Notes: a model not told the origin generated them from the sequence alone. Positions 1-13,501 are shown, counted from the first letter of the stretch. The stretch is 60,655 nt of DNA from Octopus bimaculoides (GCF_001194135.2 NC_068990.1:38957386-39018040); one strand, 5' to 3'. A program made the numbers and translations.

Positions 1-583
1 ATATATATATATATATATAAAGTGGCTCGGGGTATAAAAAGTAGCAACGGACATAAATATAAAAAAAATAACATATGTGTGTGTATGCATGTGGCTAATA
101 ATGCGCATACGTCCTCTCCAAATATCTACGTACACACAGATAGATAAATATATATACAAGCGCATATGTATGTATATATGCCACCGTGTGTGTGTTTGTG
201 TGTGTGTAGTTGAAATACATAGTCCAGTAATACATACTCTCCTCTTCCTCAACTCAAGCCAAACCTTATACGAAATTCCTCACAAAAAGCGAGGCAAAAA
301 TTGCGACATCAAAAACATTCTTTTTCACGCCTAAATAAGCAAACAGTTAAGAACGAATGATTAACATGCAATTTTTACTACAGCATTGGTCAGTTCTTAT
401 ATTGCAACATTGCAGCAAAGGTCATGCAGGAAATCTCTGGATAGAATCAAGTATCTTTGACAAAATAATTTGCAATAAAAAATGCTCATATATACATACA
501 ACTACATACATGAACACAAACAGAGACACGCACACACACACACCTAAACACATAAATACAAACTTGCATACATATATATACAC

Positions 584-1082
584 NNNNNNNNNNNNNNNNN
601 NNNNNNNNNNNNNNNNNNNNNNNNNNNNNNNNNNNNNNNNNNNNNNNNNNNNNNNNNNNNNNNNNNNNNNNNNNNNNNNNNNNNNNNNNNNNNNNNNNNN
701 NNNNNNNNNNNNNNNNNNNNNNNNNNNNNNNNNNNNNNNNNNNNNNNNNNNNNNNNNNNNNNNNNNNNNNNNNNNNNNNNNNNNNNNNNNNNNNNNNNNN
801 NNNNNNNNNNNNNNNNNNNNNNNNNNNNNNNNNNNNNNNNNNNNNNNNNNNNNNNNNNNNNNNNNNNNNNNNNNNNNNNNNNNNNNNNNNNNNNNNNNNN
901 NNNNNNNNNNNNNNNNNNNNNNNNNNNNNNNNNNNNNNNNNNNNNNNNNNNNNNNNNNNNNNNNNNNNNNNNNNNNNNNNNNNNNNNNNNNNNNNNNNNN
1001 NNNNNNNNNNNNNNNNNNNNNNNNNNNNNNNNNNNNNNNNNNNNNNNNNNNNNNNNNNNNNNNNNNNNNNNNNNNNNNNNNN
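584..1082. other. Assembly gap (others: 16025-16034, 18370-18542, 25503-25892, 26845-27115, 32362-32866, 36370-36379, 39317-39847, 49893-50754, 52752-52869, 58211-58351)
   Basis: N runs, read directly. Confidence 0.99.
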
Positions 1083-1492
1083 TATATATATATATATATA
1101 TTTCTGGACATGTATGTACAAATGAAAGGAGTAAAAATAACATAATCGAAGAAAACAATAAAGGCAATGACTAATAATTTTCTTTCTCGGATATTCTTTA
1201 TAGCTGGTTCGGAACCAGTTTGTCTTTGTTTCCAAATTACAATTTTTTGCGTGTTTTATTTATTTATTTTTTTGCTTTGTTTTGCGATTTCCAGTTTTGG
1301 GTTTTAAAGGGTAGTGTCCATTTTTGAAGGCATAGACACACACTTTTATGCTCACACAAAGATAATCAGTGGCAAAACATATGAGCCCGCACACACCGTG
1401 AGACAGATGCCCAGGAACACAGAAAGCTTTTTAACACTCGCTTTTTCTATGACACCTACTCATACACACACATATATCTATGCATATAGAAT

Positions 1493-1559
<67 letters not shown>

Positions 1560-1690
1560 ATGCACACAAACACAAACATTCGTGCGTATATATACAGTAT
1601 ATTATGTATAAGTATGTATATATGGATGCATAAAAAGCTATACATAATACACACACATACACATACATATATGTATATGTATATACATAT

Positions 1691-1738
<48 letters not shown>

Positions 1739-2489
1739 TTCGTCATTTAGCATACTGAAGTTTATATTTATGATTAAAGGAATCGCTGGCACTAAATTTG
1801 TGATTGAAAACTCAGTGACACTACAGGCTGCAAATACGCCCGCCTTTTCACCTACGGATTAACACCTATTACTGTAGTAATCTGGTGTTCAAAGGCCCAC
1901 TTCTCTTCGTTGCCATCTATAAAACAAATTATTTGCATGTCAAATCTCAACAAATACAAATTATACTTGCAAAACCCATTGCAATATATAACCGATTTAC
2001 CTACATCACAGCAAAAGACGCAATTGTGCTCCTTAGCATGTTAGACTTCATTCATTAAATACAACGTGAAAAATACGTTATTGTATCATTGATGTATTCC
2101 ATCGCTATTCAACAAATCCTGCAGCGAGTTTTAAAAGTGAAACCTATAAAATCAGCTCAAATCTCGACAAGAGAGAAAATATACCTTCAGTATCTGGCTT
2201 CAATTGCTAAATATTGTAATTTTCAGAGATATCGTATTGGAGTGCCAAGAAATCATCGTATAGTATTGCGAATACAGGTGCTGCTACACTTACTGTTAGT
2301 TATCAATGCAATTAAGGTGGGAAAATTAAAACCAAATGTTGAATGAAATATTTGCTAAGTACAGATTCATCCTTTATAAGAATCATTCACAAACATACCT
2401 CACATTTTACCAGTTTCAAATTTTTTTTAAAAAAAGCCAACCACTAACCACACGTAAACTATCTAAAAATGTCAAATTATTTGGCCTCT

Positions 2490-3560
2490 ATATATATTTA
2501 TATATAGGCAGTTCTCTTGGTGAAAATCTATGTTTTCTCTTCATCTTTATTCTATTTCTGGTTTTTACATTGTTTCCACAGATTAGTTCATTCAATATTG
2601 ATATTTCACCTCTCAATATTTCAAACTCTTTTTCAATTTTACTTTTCCAATTTTGAATTCTTCTCAGGGTTGTATTTCTTTGTTTCTTTCAGAGGCTGGT
2701 TTCAGCTGTTTTAGCAGCTGCGTACCTTTATTACATAGTTTCCAATTTTAATTTATTTTCTATTTTGGATTGTATTTGAGAGCTTTTGAAGTGGTTCCCT
2801 TTCATGCATACTGGCGTGTCTTACAACTTCAAGCTTGTTCAGAATTGTCTGTTTCAGTTTTATCATAGTCTTCAAATATTGTTTCTTTACCACTTTCCTC
2901 GCTATCTTTTGTTAGGTTCATTGCAATTTATTTCTCCATATTTTTGTCAATTCAGACTCGTGGAGAGTTGATCTCTTCGTCTGGTTCTTCATTTCCTTTT
3001 GTCTTATATTTCGGTCATTTCCGCTCCGTGTTTGATCGCAGTTTTTTTACTGTCTATGAGTCATTTATTTCAGAAGATAACCTCGCTAACATTTGCTAAC
3101 TTGTTTTCGTCCAAATGTAGTCTGTTGTCTTGATTTGGCGTGCTCCATATTAGATAAGAGCGTGTGGTGTGTTTCCCTTCAGATGGCCCGCATAATGCAT
3201 ATCAATAGGCTAATATTACTTCCGTACACTCTTCTCGGGTTCAGTTTTCTTTCTGTGGTGGGTGTGGTGGCGGACTTGCAGGGCTCGAGTTGTGGCAACT
3301 CCCGTTGATGTAACCATCCAGGCTCGCATTCAGAGAAGAGTTTGTACCAGACGATGACTTTTCGACCCCAGGCTGGTTCTCCGGTGGGGAACGCACTTCC
3401 AGATTAACCATTGGGCAAGCGATTTGATGTACTGTTGTAGTTTTCCTTTTTGTTTCGTTTAACATGTTTTGTATAACATTAATATAATTAGTATTGAGCC
3501 CCGTATTGTGGCAGATGTAGAGATAGCTGTTGTCGCTGCCACTATTGTCCACTGCGCCAT
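2490..3560 (-). mobile_element. R4/Dong-clade (RLE) non-LTR retrotransposon, degraded N-terminal ORF region
   Basis: Reading through the stop of ORF 3241-3552 gives K-E-N-*-TREECTEVILAY*YAL...TTRSYLIW...LDENKLANV, where TGA replaces the W of the R4/Dong WTREE Myb-like motif. Further on come EREPLQKL, YAAA and WKSKIEKEFEILRGEISILNEL, all typical of the R4/Dong pre-RT region. Multiple stops and frameshifts. Confidence 0.8.
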
Positions 3561-4149
3561 TAATACCGTTACAGTTTCTTTAACCTTGCTATTACAGCAT
3601 TGCTTATCTTAATACAGAAGTGATTCTCAACTCAATACCTAATATTTACAATACACGCAATGTAATTCTTTTGGAAGAAAAATTCAGAAATATTGACCGT
3701 TTATGTACACGTAAAGATCGTCTTAAATGTCCATTAGATAACCAGTGCTGTAGAAAGCAACTTAATCTATAAATGTTCAGTAAGAACAGAGTTAAATACT
3801 TACTATTATATAGGTACTCACTACTCTATAGGTACTTGCACAACTGATTTTAAGTCAAGATTTTCATGTTCCTTCGTTTAGGTATAGAAAACATATATTC
3901 ATTCCTTCAAGTAAATTTGTCTGCAGATTTAAAGAGATTAATGCTAGGTACGTTATTTAATGGTCTATAATATCTAAAACACTACCGTATACGGAATCTG
4001 AAATGCAACATATGCTTCGAGGAAACCCTGCATAGTGTTGCATCTATATCTAACTTACGAATAAAGTAAATGAAATAATGTTAAGATGTACACATTTACT
4101 TAGAAAAGCCTTCAAAACTATCTCAAATAAACGTAATACTGAGTAGTTT

Positions 4150-4960
4150 ACCCCGATTCTTATGGATAGATGAGGTTCTGTTTGTCAAGACATTTATGTG
4201 CTGGCAACATCCTATCGATGGTGATTTCGGGATACTGTGCCAGCTTGCACTGGGACTGACACGCCTGCTGGATTACGTAAATCATTGAGATGGGATCAAC
4301 GACAACGAAAACAAGGATGAACTGGTAGGGCGTCAGTCGTGTAACACGTTTATCCACAGTATATCACCTTGATCGTGCTGCGATCATGGATGGGGCATAC
4401 ACCCAAAATTGGGCAGGTGGGATCTCTAACATGGGCAGGTGGGATCTCTAACATGGGCAGGTGGGATCTCTAACATGGGCAGGTGGTATCTCTAACTCAC
4501 AGCACTGTTTCTGTTGGACGAAAGTGATAGTGAGAAAACAACACGAGATATTCATGGAGTTAGCCGAGGGTCTAAGCGATCACTCTGGGCATCGGCAAGG
4601 GCAGACCGAGTGTTCTCTTCTGGAGGACTTACTGACCGAAGACAACAGAGAACTTGCAAAAGTCCTTGATCGACAGACAGTATTACGGGGATGGGCGGAA
4701 TTTCCTGTTCGAGACAAGCTCGAGGTAAAGAAGCACCAACTACCAAACCGGCCGTGACCATGCCTTAGTGACACCCGTGGGCTTGAGTTGATCAGCTGCT
4801 GTTTTATGTAAGACGAATCCAGCTCTCCAGCCAGTGTATGACTGTAGATCTGTGTACCACATTCCTCTTTCAGAGAAGGAAGGGCAGGTCTTTCTTTGCT
4901 TTGTGGCGGAAGCGAAAGAGGTCGAGTGGAAAACTTTCGAGTGAAAACTTTCATGTTTCG
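4150..4960 (+). mobile_element. L1/Tx1-clade LINE ORF2 C-terminal fragment (degraded)
   Basis: Frameshifted translation gives NLQKSL..QYYG, FPVRDKL and EGQVFLCFVAEAKEVEW. These match the post-RT region of Tx1-like ORF2 as I recall it (FQKSLAWQ..RG.LPVRDKL; GxAVFLCLVAxxKEVVW). GC and CpG are higher than in the flanks. Confidence 0.6.
4410..4496. repeat. 22-bp tandem repeat x4 (TGGGCAGGTGGGATCTCTAACA)
   Basis: Three identical units plus a fourth with one substitution, read directly. Confidence 0.95.
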
Positions 4961-5384
4961 CTATGCTTTACTTGAATCATTTTCAAATATCATTTGAAGA
5001 AGAAAATTAGGAAAATCTAGTTTTTACCGAAAGGTGAATGAAAGTTGCCAGATTAGTGAGGTTTAATGGATCTACTCAGAGTAAGCTTTTCTAAGTAGGA
5101 GAAAAGAAACTGGAAGTTGGCACTTTCTATGCTTTGAAGATGGCAGAGTAATCTGGAACATATGTGCAGTTTACCCCGAATTAACCTAGCTGGACGACTC
5201 CGTTATTGAGGATTCTATTTATTAATTATTTATTTTTCAAGATTCTATTTTTATATCCTTTTATTACATCCTTATTGTTGTGGTGTTTCATTAAGCCTAC
5301 GTTTCTATTTATCTTCTCCTATGAGATTTTCCTCAATGTCTTAGACCTTTGTAGTCAAGAGAAGAAATCATCATAGAATTGCCA

Positions 5385-5485
5385 GCACCAGCACCACCAC
5401 CAACACCACCACCATCATCATCATCATCATCATCACCACCACCACAACCACCATCACTACCACCACCACAAGCACCACCACCACC
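5385..5485. repeat. (CCA/CAT)n compound trinucleotide repeat
   Basis: Direct reading; explains the poly-P/S ORF 5379-5582. Confidence 0.9.
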
Positions 5486-5584
5486 ATTATGGCACAACGT
5501 TTTAACCCCTTACCTCAACACTGATATTTTTGTGCGTAAATTACAAACTACTATTCATGTTTTAAAAGTTATATTGAGCTAGGA

Positions 5585-5875
5585 CCATGATGAAGCATTG
5601 CTTTCAAAGGCTTTTAGTAATTATATCGATCTCACTACTTATATCAGTCTTAGAAGTACTTTATAGATCTATGTTTTGTCAAATCACGTAACTAAACTTG
5701 TTAACACCACCGAAAACTAACGACAGAAAATGGACACTGAAATCCATACAGTTTCACTATCAAGGTATTATTCCTTTGAAAGCGACCCTAGATGATATTT
5801 TCCCAAATTGCAACGTTATCTAGTCGAACTCAGAACCATAATGTTGTGAAATGAAACGTTTAACCACATGGTTTT
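5585..5875 (-). mobile_element. Old, highly diverged copy of SINE family B
   Basis: Patchy similarity to the reverse complement of the full-length copy at 51338-51742 (ccatg..gagca, gaacc..atgttgtga, accacat). Confidence 0.45.
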
Positions 5876-6747
5876 ATGTACGGTTTTTTTCATATTCATT
5901 TATGTTTCTTCACATCTGCAAATATGTATTTTAAATAGTAAAGTAACATGAGAAGCGATTATTTAAAATAATCATATATATATAATGTAGTAAAATACCT
6001 TTATATTTCATGTATCATATTTTAAAATATATTCATATGACATACCCTCTTACTTACAAACTGATATTTTAATAAGCTTAACTTTTTATGGTGATTCATA
6101 TTTAATTTTGCACTTTACAGAATTATATGATCTTTTTTTAAACTTAAACTCCATAAGCAATATTAAATCAATATAAAATAATATGATTTTATGGCATTTT
6201 TTTTTTCGTTTGCTCAATAATTGCCACTTTTCATTTTGTGATTTATTTTTAAATTTCTGTTTTATAGAATTTTCTTATGTGTAAAATTACTAATAAAATA
6301 TTCGTAACATACCTACCGGATGTAAATAAATTTCAGAGAGAAAAAATTTTCTATGATAAAAATGTTTTCTATACTTACCATTAAATTTTGTGTGCTTTCA
6401 TTTTATATTTATTTATTTGCTTTTGTGCTATCAAAATTTTTATTTTAAGTCTTAATAATACATATACAACTGGCCATAATGTAGTTTAGGATCACGATAG
6501 CAATGCTAAATAAACAACCTATACAAAACACATTTTAAAATATTTTATAGTGCGAAAACTAAAATTGTAATTTAAAGTTCAATTTATGAACAAGAAATTG
6601 TGTTTTTTATTACTTTAACTGGGAGTTGCCTATATTGAAAAGCAATTATTTCACACGATTATTGGTTCCATAAAAATGTTCGCTTTATCTACCATACAAA
6701 TAAGTGATTACACACACACACACATGTACATTTAAGATTACACACAT

Positions 6748-6783
<36 letters not shown>

Positions 6784-7187
6784 CATGTATATGCGTGTGT
6801 ATATGTATATGCAATTTCAGTTTCACATGTATATATGATGTGTGTTTTTCACTGTGTATATGTGTATGTATATGTATATATGTATGTACGTATTTTCTAT
6901 GGATGTGTGCATCATTCTGTAAAGGTGAAGAATTGGCAGAATTGTTAGAGTGTTGGATATAACGCATCACCGTCATTGTTTGGACTCTCTGATATCAAAT
7001 CCCGTGCTGTTACAGAAAACAAAATCATCTCGTTTAGGAATTACAGTGACAGAAATTATTAGTATATGAAAGCCCACAGTTTTTTAATATCTCGGTATAT
7101 CATCTGAAGGTGTCGCCATTTATATATTTATATATTAATTTCACCTTCATCTTGCTAATATCCTGTTAATATTCATTTAACATTGAA

Positions 7188-7390
7188 GGTGGTGAGCTGG
7201 CAGAAACGTTAGCTCGCCGGCTGAAATGCTTATCGGTACTTAGTCTGCGTCTGTGTTCAAATTTCGCCGCGGTCGACTTTTCCTTTCGAGGCCGATAAAT
7301 TAAGTACCAGTTCCGTACTAGGTTCGATCTAATCGACTGGCCCCCTCCCTAGAAATTTTGGGCTTTTTGCCTAGAGTAGAAAAGAATATT
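7188..7390 (+). mobile_element. tRNA-derived SINE family A (tail type ii)
   Basis: Head GGTGAGCTGGCAGAAACGTTAGC, B-box-like GTTCAAATT, body GTCGACTT...GATAAATTAAGTACCAG, tail GCCTAGAGTAGAAAAGAATATT. Confidence 0.9.
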
Positions 7391-7655
7391 GGCTTCAAAT
7401 GTTCGCACAAAGCCAGGAATTTCGGGGAAGAATTAAGTTGATGACCTTGACCCCAGCACTCAAAAGGTATTTGCTTTATCCTTTCTACTATAGGCACAAA
7501 GCCTGAAATTTGGGGGAGAGGACTAGTCGATTACATCGACTCTAGTATTTCACTGGTACATAGTCCATCGACTCGGAATTTGAACTCAGAACGAAAGACA
7601 GACGAAATGATTCCAAGCATTTTGCCTGGTGTACTAACGATTCTGTGAGCTCTTC
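7391..7655 (-). mobile_element. Two SINE family A fragments, antisense
   Basis: Reverse-complement matches: GGAATTTGAACTCAGAACG, CTAACGATTCTG, TAGTCGATTACATCGAC. Confidence 0.75.
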
Positions 7656-7698
7656 TCTGTATGATCTGCTTAATGCTGGCCTCAAATATAGTTACAAC

Positions 7699-7755
<57 letters not shown>

Positions 7756-7757
<2 letters not shown>

Positions 7758-8149
7758 TTTACTCTTTTACTTGTTTCACTGTGACCATGCTGGAGCACCT
7801 CCTTTAGTCGTGGAAATCGACCCCAGGACTTCTTATTTGTAAGCCTAGTACTATCGGTCACTTTTGCCGAACAACTAAGATTCAGGGACGTAAACTTACC
7901 AACATCGGTTGTCAAGCGATGGCAGATGGGAACAAAGACACATGCACACATACATGCATATATACATGCATACATACATATATGTATATATATACGACGG
8001 TTTCTTTCAGTTTCCGTCTACCACATCTACTCACAAGGCTTTAGTTAGTCGAGGCTATAGTAGAAGATATTTGCACAAAATGCCACGCAGTGGGACTCAA
8101 CTCGAGATCATGTGGTTGAGAAGCAAGCTTCTTACCACGTAGCTACGCC
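7756..8149 (-). mobile_element. tRNA-derived SINE family B, near full length, with internal TA/CA microsatellite
   Basis: Reverse complement of head-body-tail as in 51338-51742; tail ACTCTTTTACTTGTTTCA...CCATGCTGGAGCACC. Confidence 0.9.
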
Positions 8150-8449
8150 AATATATATATTCGAATATGAAATAAAGGCAGTGTTAGTGTAATAAACATA
8201 ATAAATATTGTAACCCACATATACTTAACGCATACGTTATTAGTATTCATCGGTAGGCTGTGATCTGGCGTGGTGAAAATTACGCCCTCAAAGCGTTGTG
8301 TGTTAAAGCACCTAAAAGTGATGGACGGGCAAGACATTCGGTGTGATGGACATCGACCATGCCAAATCGCAACCTGTGGTCGATAATGTCTATTACAACC
8401 AAATGGGTTGGGAAAAATCCACCGCCCTAATGTTATCCGCCGATGGACG

Positions 8450-9040
8450 AAGTTACGAGTGAAGAACTCACTCCAGTTCCAATTTGCAGCTTCTGGACAT
8501 TGAATATCCTGCTATATTGTTCGTCAGTAACTGTGCGCCAACAGATAGGAGTAAATGAGACCGATTTAAAGGATAATACTGAACCAGTATTGATTACCAC
8601 CGTGCAAAATAACATCACATGACCGAGGAAAAATATAGGACAGTTGCACACTATCATCAAATGCAAAGCTAAAAACAAATTCATGATTCACCAGCTACAA
8701 TTGCATGATAGATTCTCTAAACTGTATGGGAATTGTCGGCGAGAAACACTCTTATGATAGCTGATCGCCTTCAAAGACGATCCACAAGCAGTAAGTAGAA
8801 AACTTCTAAGAAAAATTACACGACTGAGAAATAAAACACTGCAAGTTTTCTCGAAGCCCACAATCTGTTTATCGCAGTATGAAAGTCGATACCATCGAGG
8901 TAGTAAATGTTCCTCTTCCCGGAAGTTCTAGAGTCATCTGGTGCGGAGTCTGGGATGTAAACAAAGAACACAATCGCAATGCAGCATTGTTAACCGAACT
9001 ACGAAGTGAGTATTGTGTATCTCCCAAAATATATAACACT
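8450..9040 (+). mobile_element. R4/Dong-clade LINE fragment (region just upstream of RT), degraded
   Basis: Translation FWTLNILLY...IGQLHTIIKCK...KLYGN...FKDDPQAVSRK...WCGVWDVNKEHNRNAALLTELRSEYC resembles the R4 motif F..DPK.VYR...FW..IW....HN.NA.W. Confidence 0.6.
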
Positions 9041-9065
9041 CATGACGTTTGATATAAAACTACCA

Positions 9066-9283
9066 AAAGCAGTGAGCTGGCTGAATCGGTAGCACACCGG
9101 ACGAAATGCTTAGCGGCATTCCGTCCGTCTTCACGTTTTAAGTCCAAATTCCGCTGAGGTCGACTTTGCCTTTTATCCTTTCCGGGTCGATAAATCAATT
9201 ATCAGTTGAGCACTGGGGTCGATATGATCCACTTACCCACATCTCCTGAATTTGCTGGCCTTGTGCCAAAATTTGAAACCATT
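9066..9283 (+). mobile_element. SINE family A (tail type i)
   Basis: GTGAGCTGGCTGAATCGGTAGCAC...GAGGTCGACTTTGCC...GGCCTTGTGCCAAAATTTGAAACC. Confidence 0.9.
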
Positions 9284-12200
9284 GAGATCAGGAACTCTCT
9301 TAACTCAGAGAGTCTTGTCTCTGTGTTAACGACCGGCTTGAAATCTCTTAAGAGGAATTTAAATAAAACTCAAACAAAAAAGCAACAAAAAAAAGACAAA
9401 AAGCAAGCAAACATACATATGAATACGGAGGGTGAAAAGAACGGGGAAACAGGAATAAGCGATTAGATCCAACGTTTCTAGAGATAAGCACAACCTTAAA
9501 AGCGTCCACTACAAGAGCCGCGTCAAGAACATAATTCTAAACTTCCCGCTATATTTTTAAAGTACACCACATAAATCACTCATCATTTCATCCTCTACTC
9601 TTTATTCATGTATTCCCATATTCCATTCATCCATTATGTTCTTCCTGCGTATTTCTCCACCGTTACTGAGTTAGACTTCAACTTTTTGCTCTACTTATTT
9701 TCACTTTTTTTTTTTTCCCTCTGATTTACTTCTCTACTTTTTCCAAGTAAATCTGTTAATTGTTATTCCATCTGATCTCTGCAGATTCTGGAGTTATTCT
9801 ATTATTTTTTCCTCAAACAATCTTTTTATGTTTTTTTTCCCCTTATAGCAAAATTCACCGCGAAGGATTAAACTTTGACTAGAATTTACAGTCAAGCCAT
9901 CAGCATGTTTCACAACACCTACTCACACACATACACGGGAACATAGTGTATTTCCTCCTGTGAACACTTTAAAATTACATACCCACCATAACCTCATTCA
10001 CTAACACGCCTAGAAGATTGAAATTAAACAACACATTTAGAATAACCCCAATTTAAAAGGGGTGGCGATTGGCAAAGTAAATAAATAAAATGATTGAATG
10101 AATACAATTGTACAAAAGTTGTAAAAGAAAAGAAAACTTTAAAAAGCAAAAATGAAAGAATTTATTTATTGAATTAAAACTTCCCAACAGCCAAAGATGC
10201 TCGCGTGCAAATACACACACAAACACACACAAACATACAGAAACGCACACACACAATTCATAAGCACGCACATGCACACGTAAACATACGCGCATGCACA
10301 AACACACACATGTAAACGTATACACATACATGCACTCAAACATATACACACATTTGTATATATGTGCGTATGTATGAATGTATGTGTGTATGTATAAAGG
10401 GAGAGTGAGAAACACACAGATGAGTATCAGTGTAACTGTTTGTGTGTGATGCTAGTGCGTATGCAAATAAAAATTTCTTGAGGTCTAAAGTATGTACGTA
10501 AGTTTGTATATCTAGCAACATGCATGAGTACGTGCGTTTGTAAGTGTGTATGTGTGTGGATGTGTGTGTGCGTGTGCGCATGTGGATTTATGTAAGAATT
10601 TGTGAATCTATGTATGGATTTATGTTTGTACGCATGTATATATGTTTCAGTATAAATAAATGCATGTACGAATATGAATAAAAATATCAGAAATATAAAA
10701 ACTGAAATAAAAATAAGCACCAAAAATAAACAGAACAAAACAAAAACAAAAAAAAACCAGCAAAATCTTTGGTGACATTAATAATTACATCATGAACTGT
10801 GCTAAGTAGGAATTTAACAGATAAAAATTATGCATAATTGTTGATTGTGGTAATGATGATGAAAATACTGCTGCTGATCATTATCATGTTAATGATAATG
10901 ATGATGGTGTTATTGGTGTTAATGGATGTGTGTTGGTGGCGATATTTGGGGGGTTGATGACGATGCTTATAGCAATATTGAGAATTATTAGCCTTATCTT
11001 TTGAGGCAGAATACTCTATAGGTGCATATGTCTGAAATCTCTGTAATAATTGTGTCTGTATGTGTATGGCTTTGTGTCTTTATATGCGTATATGGATGGG
11101 TGTGAATGTATGCATGTATATGCACATATTTTTTCTGTTCGTGTTTGTTTGAGTGTATACGTGTGCCAATATTCACAAAACTATAAAGAAAAGAGATTTA
11201 AAACAATAATTTCATGGAGATAAACAGAAAGTTTGAAAACAAGGCAAAAATATAACAATATTTTTAAAAAATGCCTTTGGGAAGTTGTTTATATGTGAAA
11301 ATATGTTTTATTTTCGCATCTTTTGTTTCAATCTTTCTGAATAATTTTTCTGCTTTTATTTTCTTTTATATTTCCTTATTTTTTTGTTTTGTTGTTGCTG
11401 GAGGCAATGATGTAAATTTGGCTGTCACCAGGGTCACCAGCATGAGAATTTAGTTAAACATTGTTCATTGTTTTATCAGAGAAAATATAATTTTATTTAT
11501 TCATTTCTATATCGAGTAGTTTTGGGATTTTTTTTTTAGTTGTATATAAGCATTATTTCTTTTTTTATTTCTATATATCTTTTTCTTTTTTTTGGTGGGT
11601 GGGTTCGGTTTGTAGCAACGAAAGAACTTTTTTTCTTTATTTTTATGCACGGAATTTTGTTTCACTTCTAGGTTTTTGACATGAAACCAATTGAAGAACG
11701 GAGGGGAAAAAAGAAGGTATGTGTGTATGTGTGTATATGTGTGTGCGTGTGTGTGTATGTGTGTGTAAGTGCATGCGTGTGTGCGTTTGTGCTCGTGTGC
11801 GTTTGTATGAGTGTAAATACTTCATAAAGTTGAATAAATATGTGGTAATCAGTAAAATACAAGAACAGAAAACACGAAAAATATTAGTTGAAAACGTAAA
11901 ATGGAAATATAATTTATAAATCTAATTCTCGATTATTACGTTTGAACTTTATACGTTCGATTTAATTTAAGTTTTCAGCTTGCTTATGGTAGCATCAAGG
12001 TTAAGTTTACACTTTGGCTCACCCCAGAAGCAACGATATCAAGAGGGAAGGCAACACTAGACAATTATGAATTAACGCTTCAGTTTGTAATGAAATCTTT
12101 TTATCACTTGCATTAAAAACCTTGGGAGTTAATTTAAAATTTGTTCGCATTCTCGGAGTTAATTTACACCGCAAACATCAAACTTTTCTATGTTTGATGG

Positions 12201-13501
12201 AAGTCGAATAGTGGATCATGCTAGCACTATATGGTTGCGAATTTTCTGTGATTGTGGCAAAGACAGTTCAACTGTTCAACCATACTGGGGTCTGTAGTGG
12301 GCTGAACGACTTGCTAAAAGTATTTGTTTTATTTTCAATCATACTTTAACCTCCTGAGCAAGAAGAGTCACGTTGAACAAAGTCTTTGGAAGATAAACAA
12401 AGGATTCATCATGAATGAAAGATCTTTCACTGAAGTCTCTCTCTCTGCTCGACCACAGCTGATAACAACAATAGCAGCAATAACAACAAAAATGATACAC
12501 TTAAAAGTAACTGCAAAAATTCTTAATAATATTTAATTTGGATATAATCGTTCGCAGAATTTTCTCTAACAATGAAATTGTAAGCGTCTTCTCCGGTAAA
12601 CACTTCATATGTCACCGGCGTTTCTGATTTATTTGAAATTAAGAAACAGCGTGGACATTCACACACACACATACACACACAAACACACACTCACAACTAC
12701 TCACATACAGACACGCGCACTCTCTCTCTCACACACACACATGCACAAACTACACGCGCACACTTACACAGACACTTACACACAGCACGCGCATGTATTT
12801 ATATGTACTAAAAGCATGTTTCACAAACAACGTTTTCCCATCATCGTTGAATCCTATATTCTGTTCACGTGATCATTCATGAGCTTATGAGAATCCTCTG
12901 TGTTCTCATTTAACTTGCGAGAAATAACAGTCGAATCTTTCTGAAATCCCACCTTACACTTGTTAAGAGAAGAGCATATTTGATGGTGAGAAAGCAAGTG
13001 GACTATTTCTCAGTAAAAAGATGAGATGGCCACAGACAGGAGTAATTTGATCAAAGGCTTTCTCAATCATGGCTGGCCTCGGATTTAATAACAACAACAC
13101 TAAAACAGCAACAAACACAAAAAGAATAATAATAGCAACAACAATTGTTGTCACGATCTGACAATTGTCTTGAATAGTCCGAAAAAATAAAGGCTATAAG
13201 TGTGTAGTCCTATGTCATAACAGTCAAATCACTTACGGTGCTTTTATCAGAAAGCATACCTTATTAGACCTAACCTGAGTTAACAAAATACCTTCCAGGA
13301 ATGTGACTTTCTGACATCAGCTCCTGGCCTTCAAATGAATATTGATTTACTCACGATACAGAAGTACATATAAAGCGTGCTTCCTTCTCTTCATATCCCC
13401 GAAACATCTTCGTATACCTGTTTAGCGCAGTAACTAGAAATATACCAGGTAAGTGCAATTCAAATAATATTGAATCAAAATAGTCATCTATATATCATAC
13501 T

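Noticed and set aside
77-1862. Long ORFs rich in YI/HT/CV and X
   Set aside because: Translations of (TA)n, (CA)n and N-gaps; no stop codons simply because of repeat composition.
4410-4496. Regularly spaced direct repeats as a possible CRISPR array
   Set aside because: Units are contiguous with no spacers, the context is eukaryotic, and there are no cas genes.
12180-12300. Minus-strand NCLCHNHRKFATI resembling an adhesion-GPCR GPS motif
   Set aside because: Immediately followed by a stop, lacks the conserved Trp/Cys of GPS and HLT; likely chance.
12963-13154. EKAFD motif suggesting a LINE RT fragment
   Set aside because: Only five residues match and neighbouring RT motifs cannot be traced; insufficient support.
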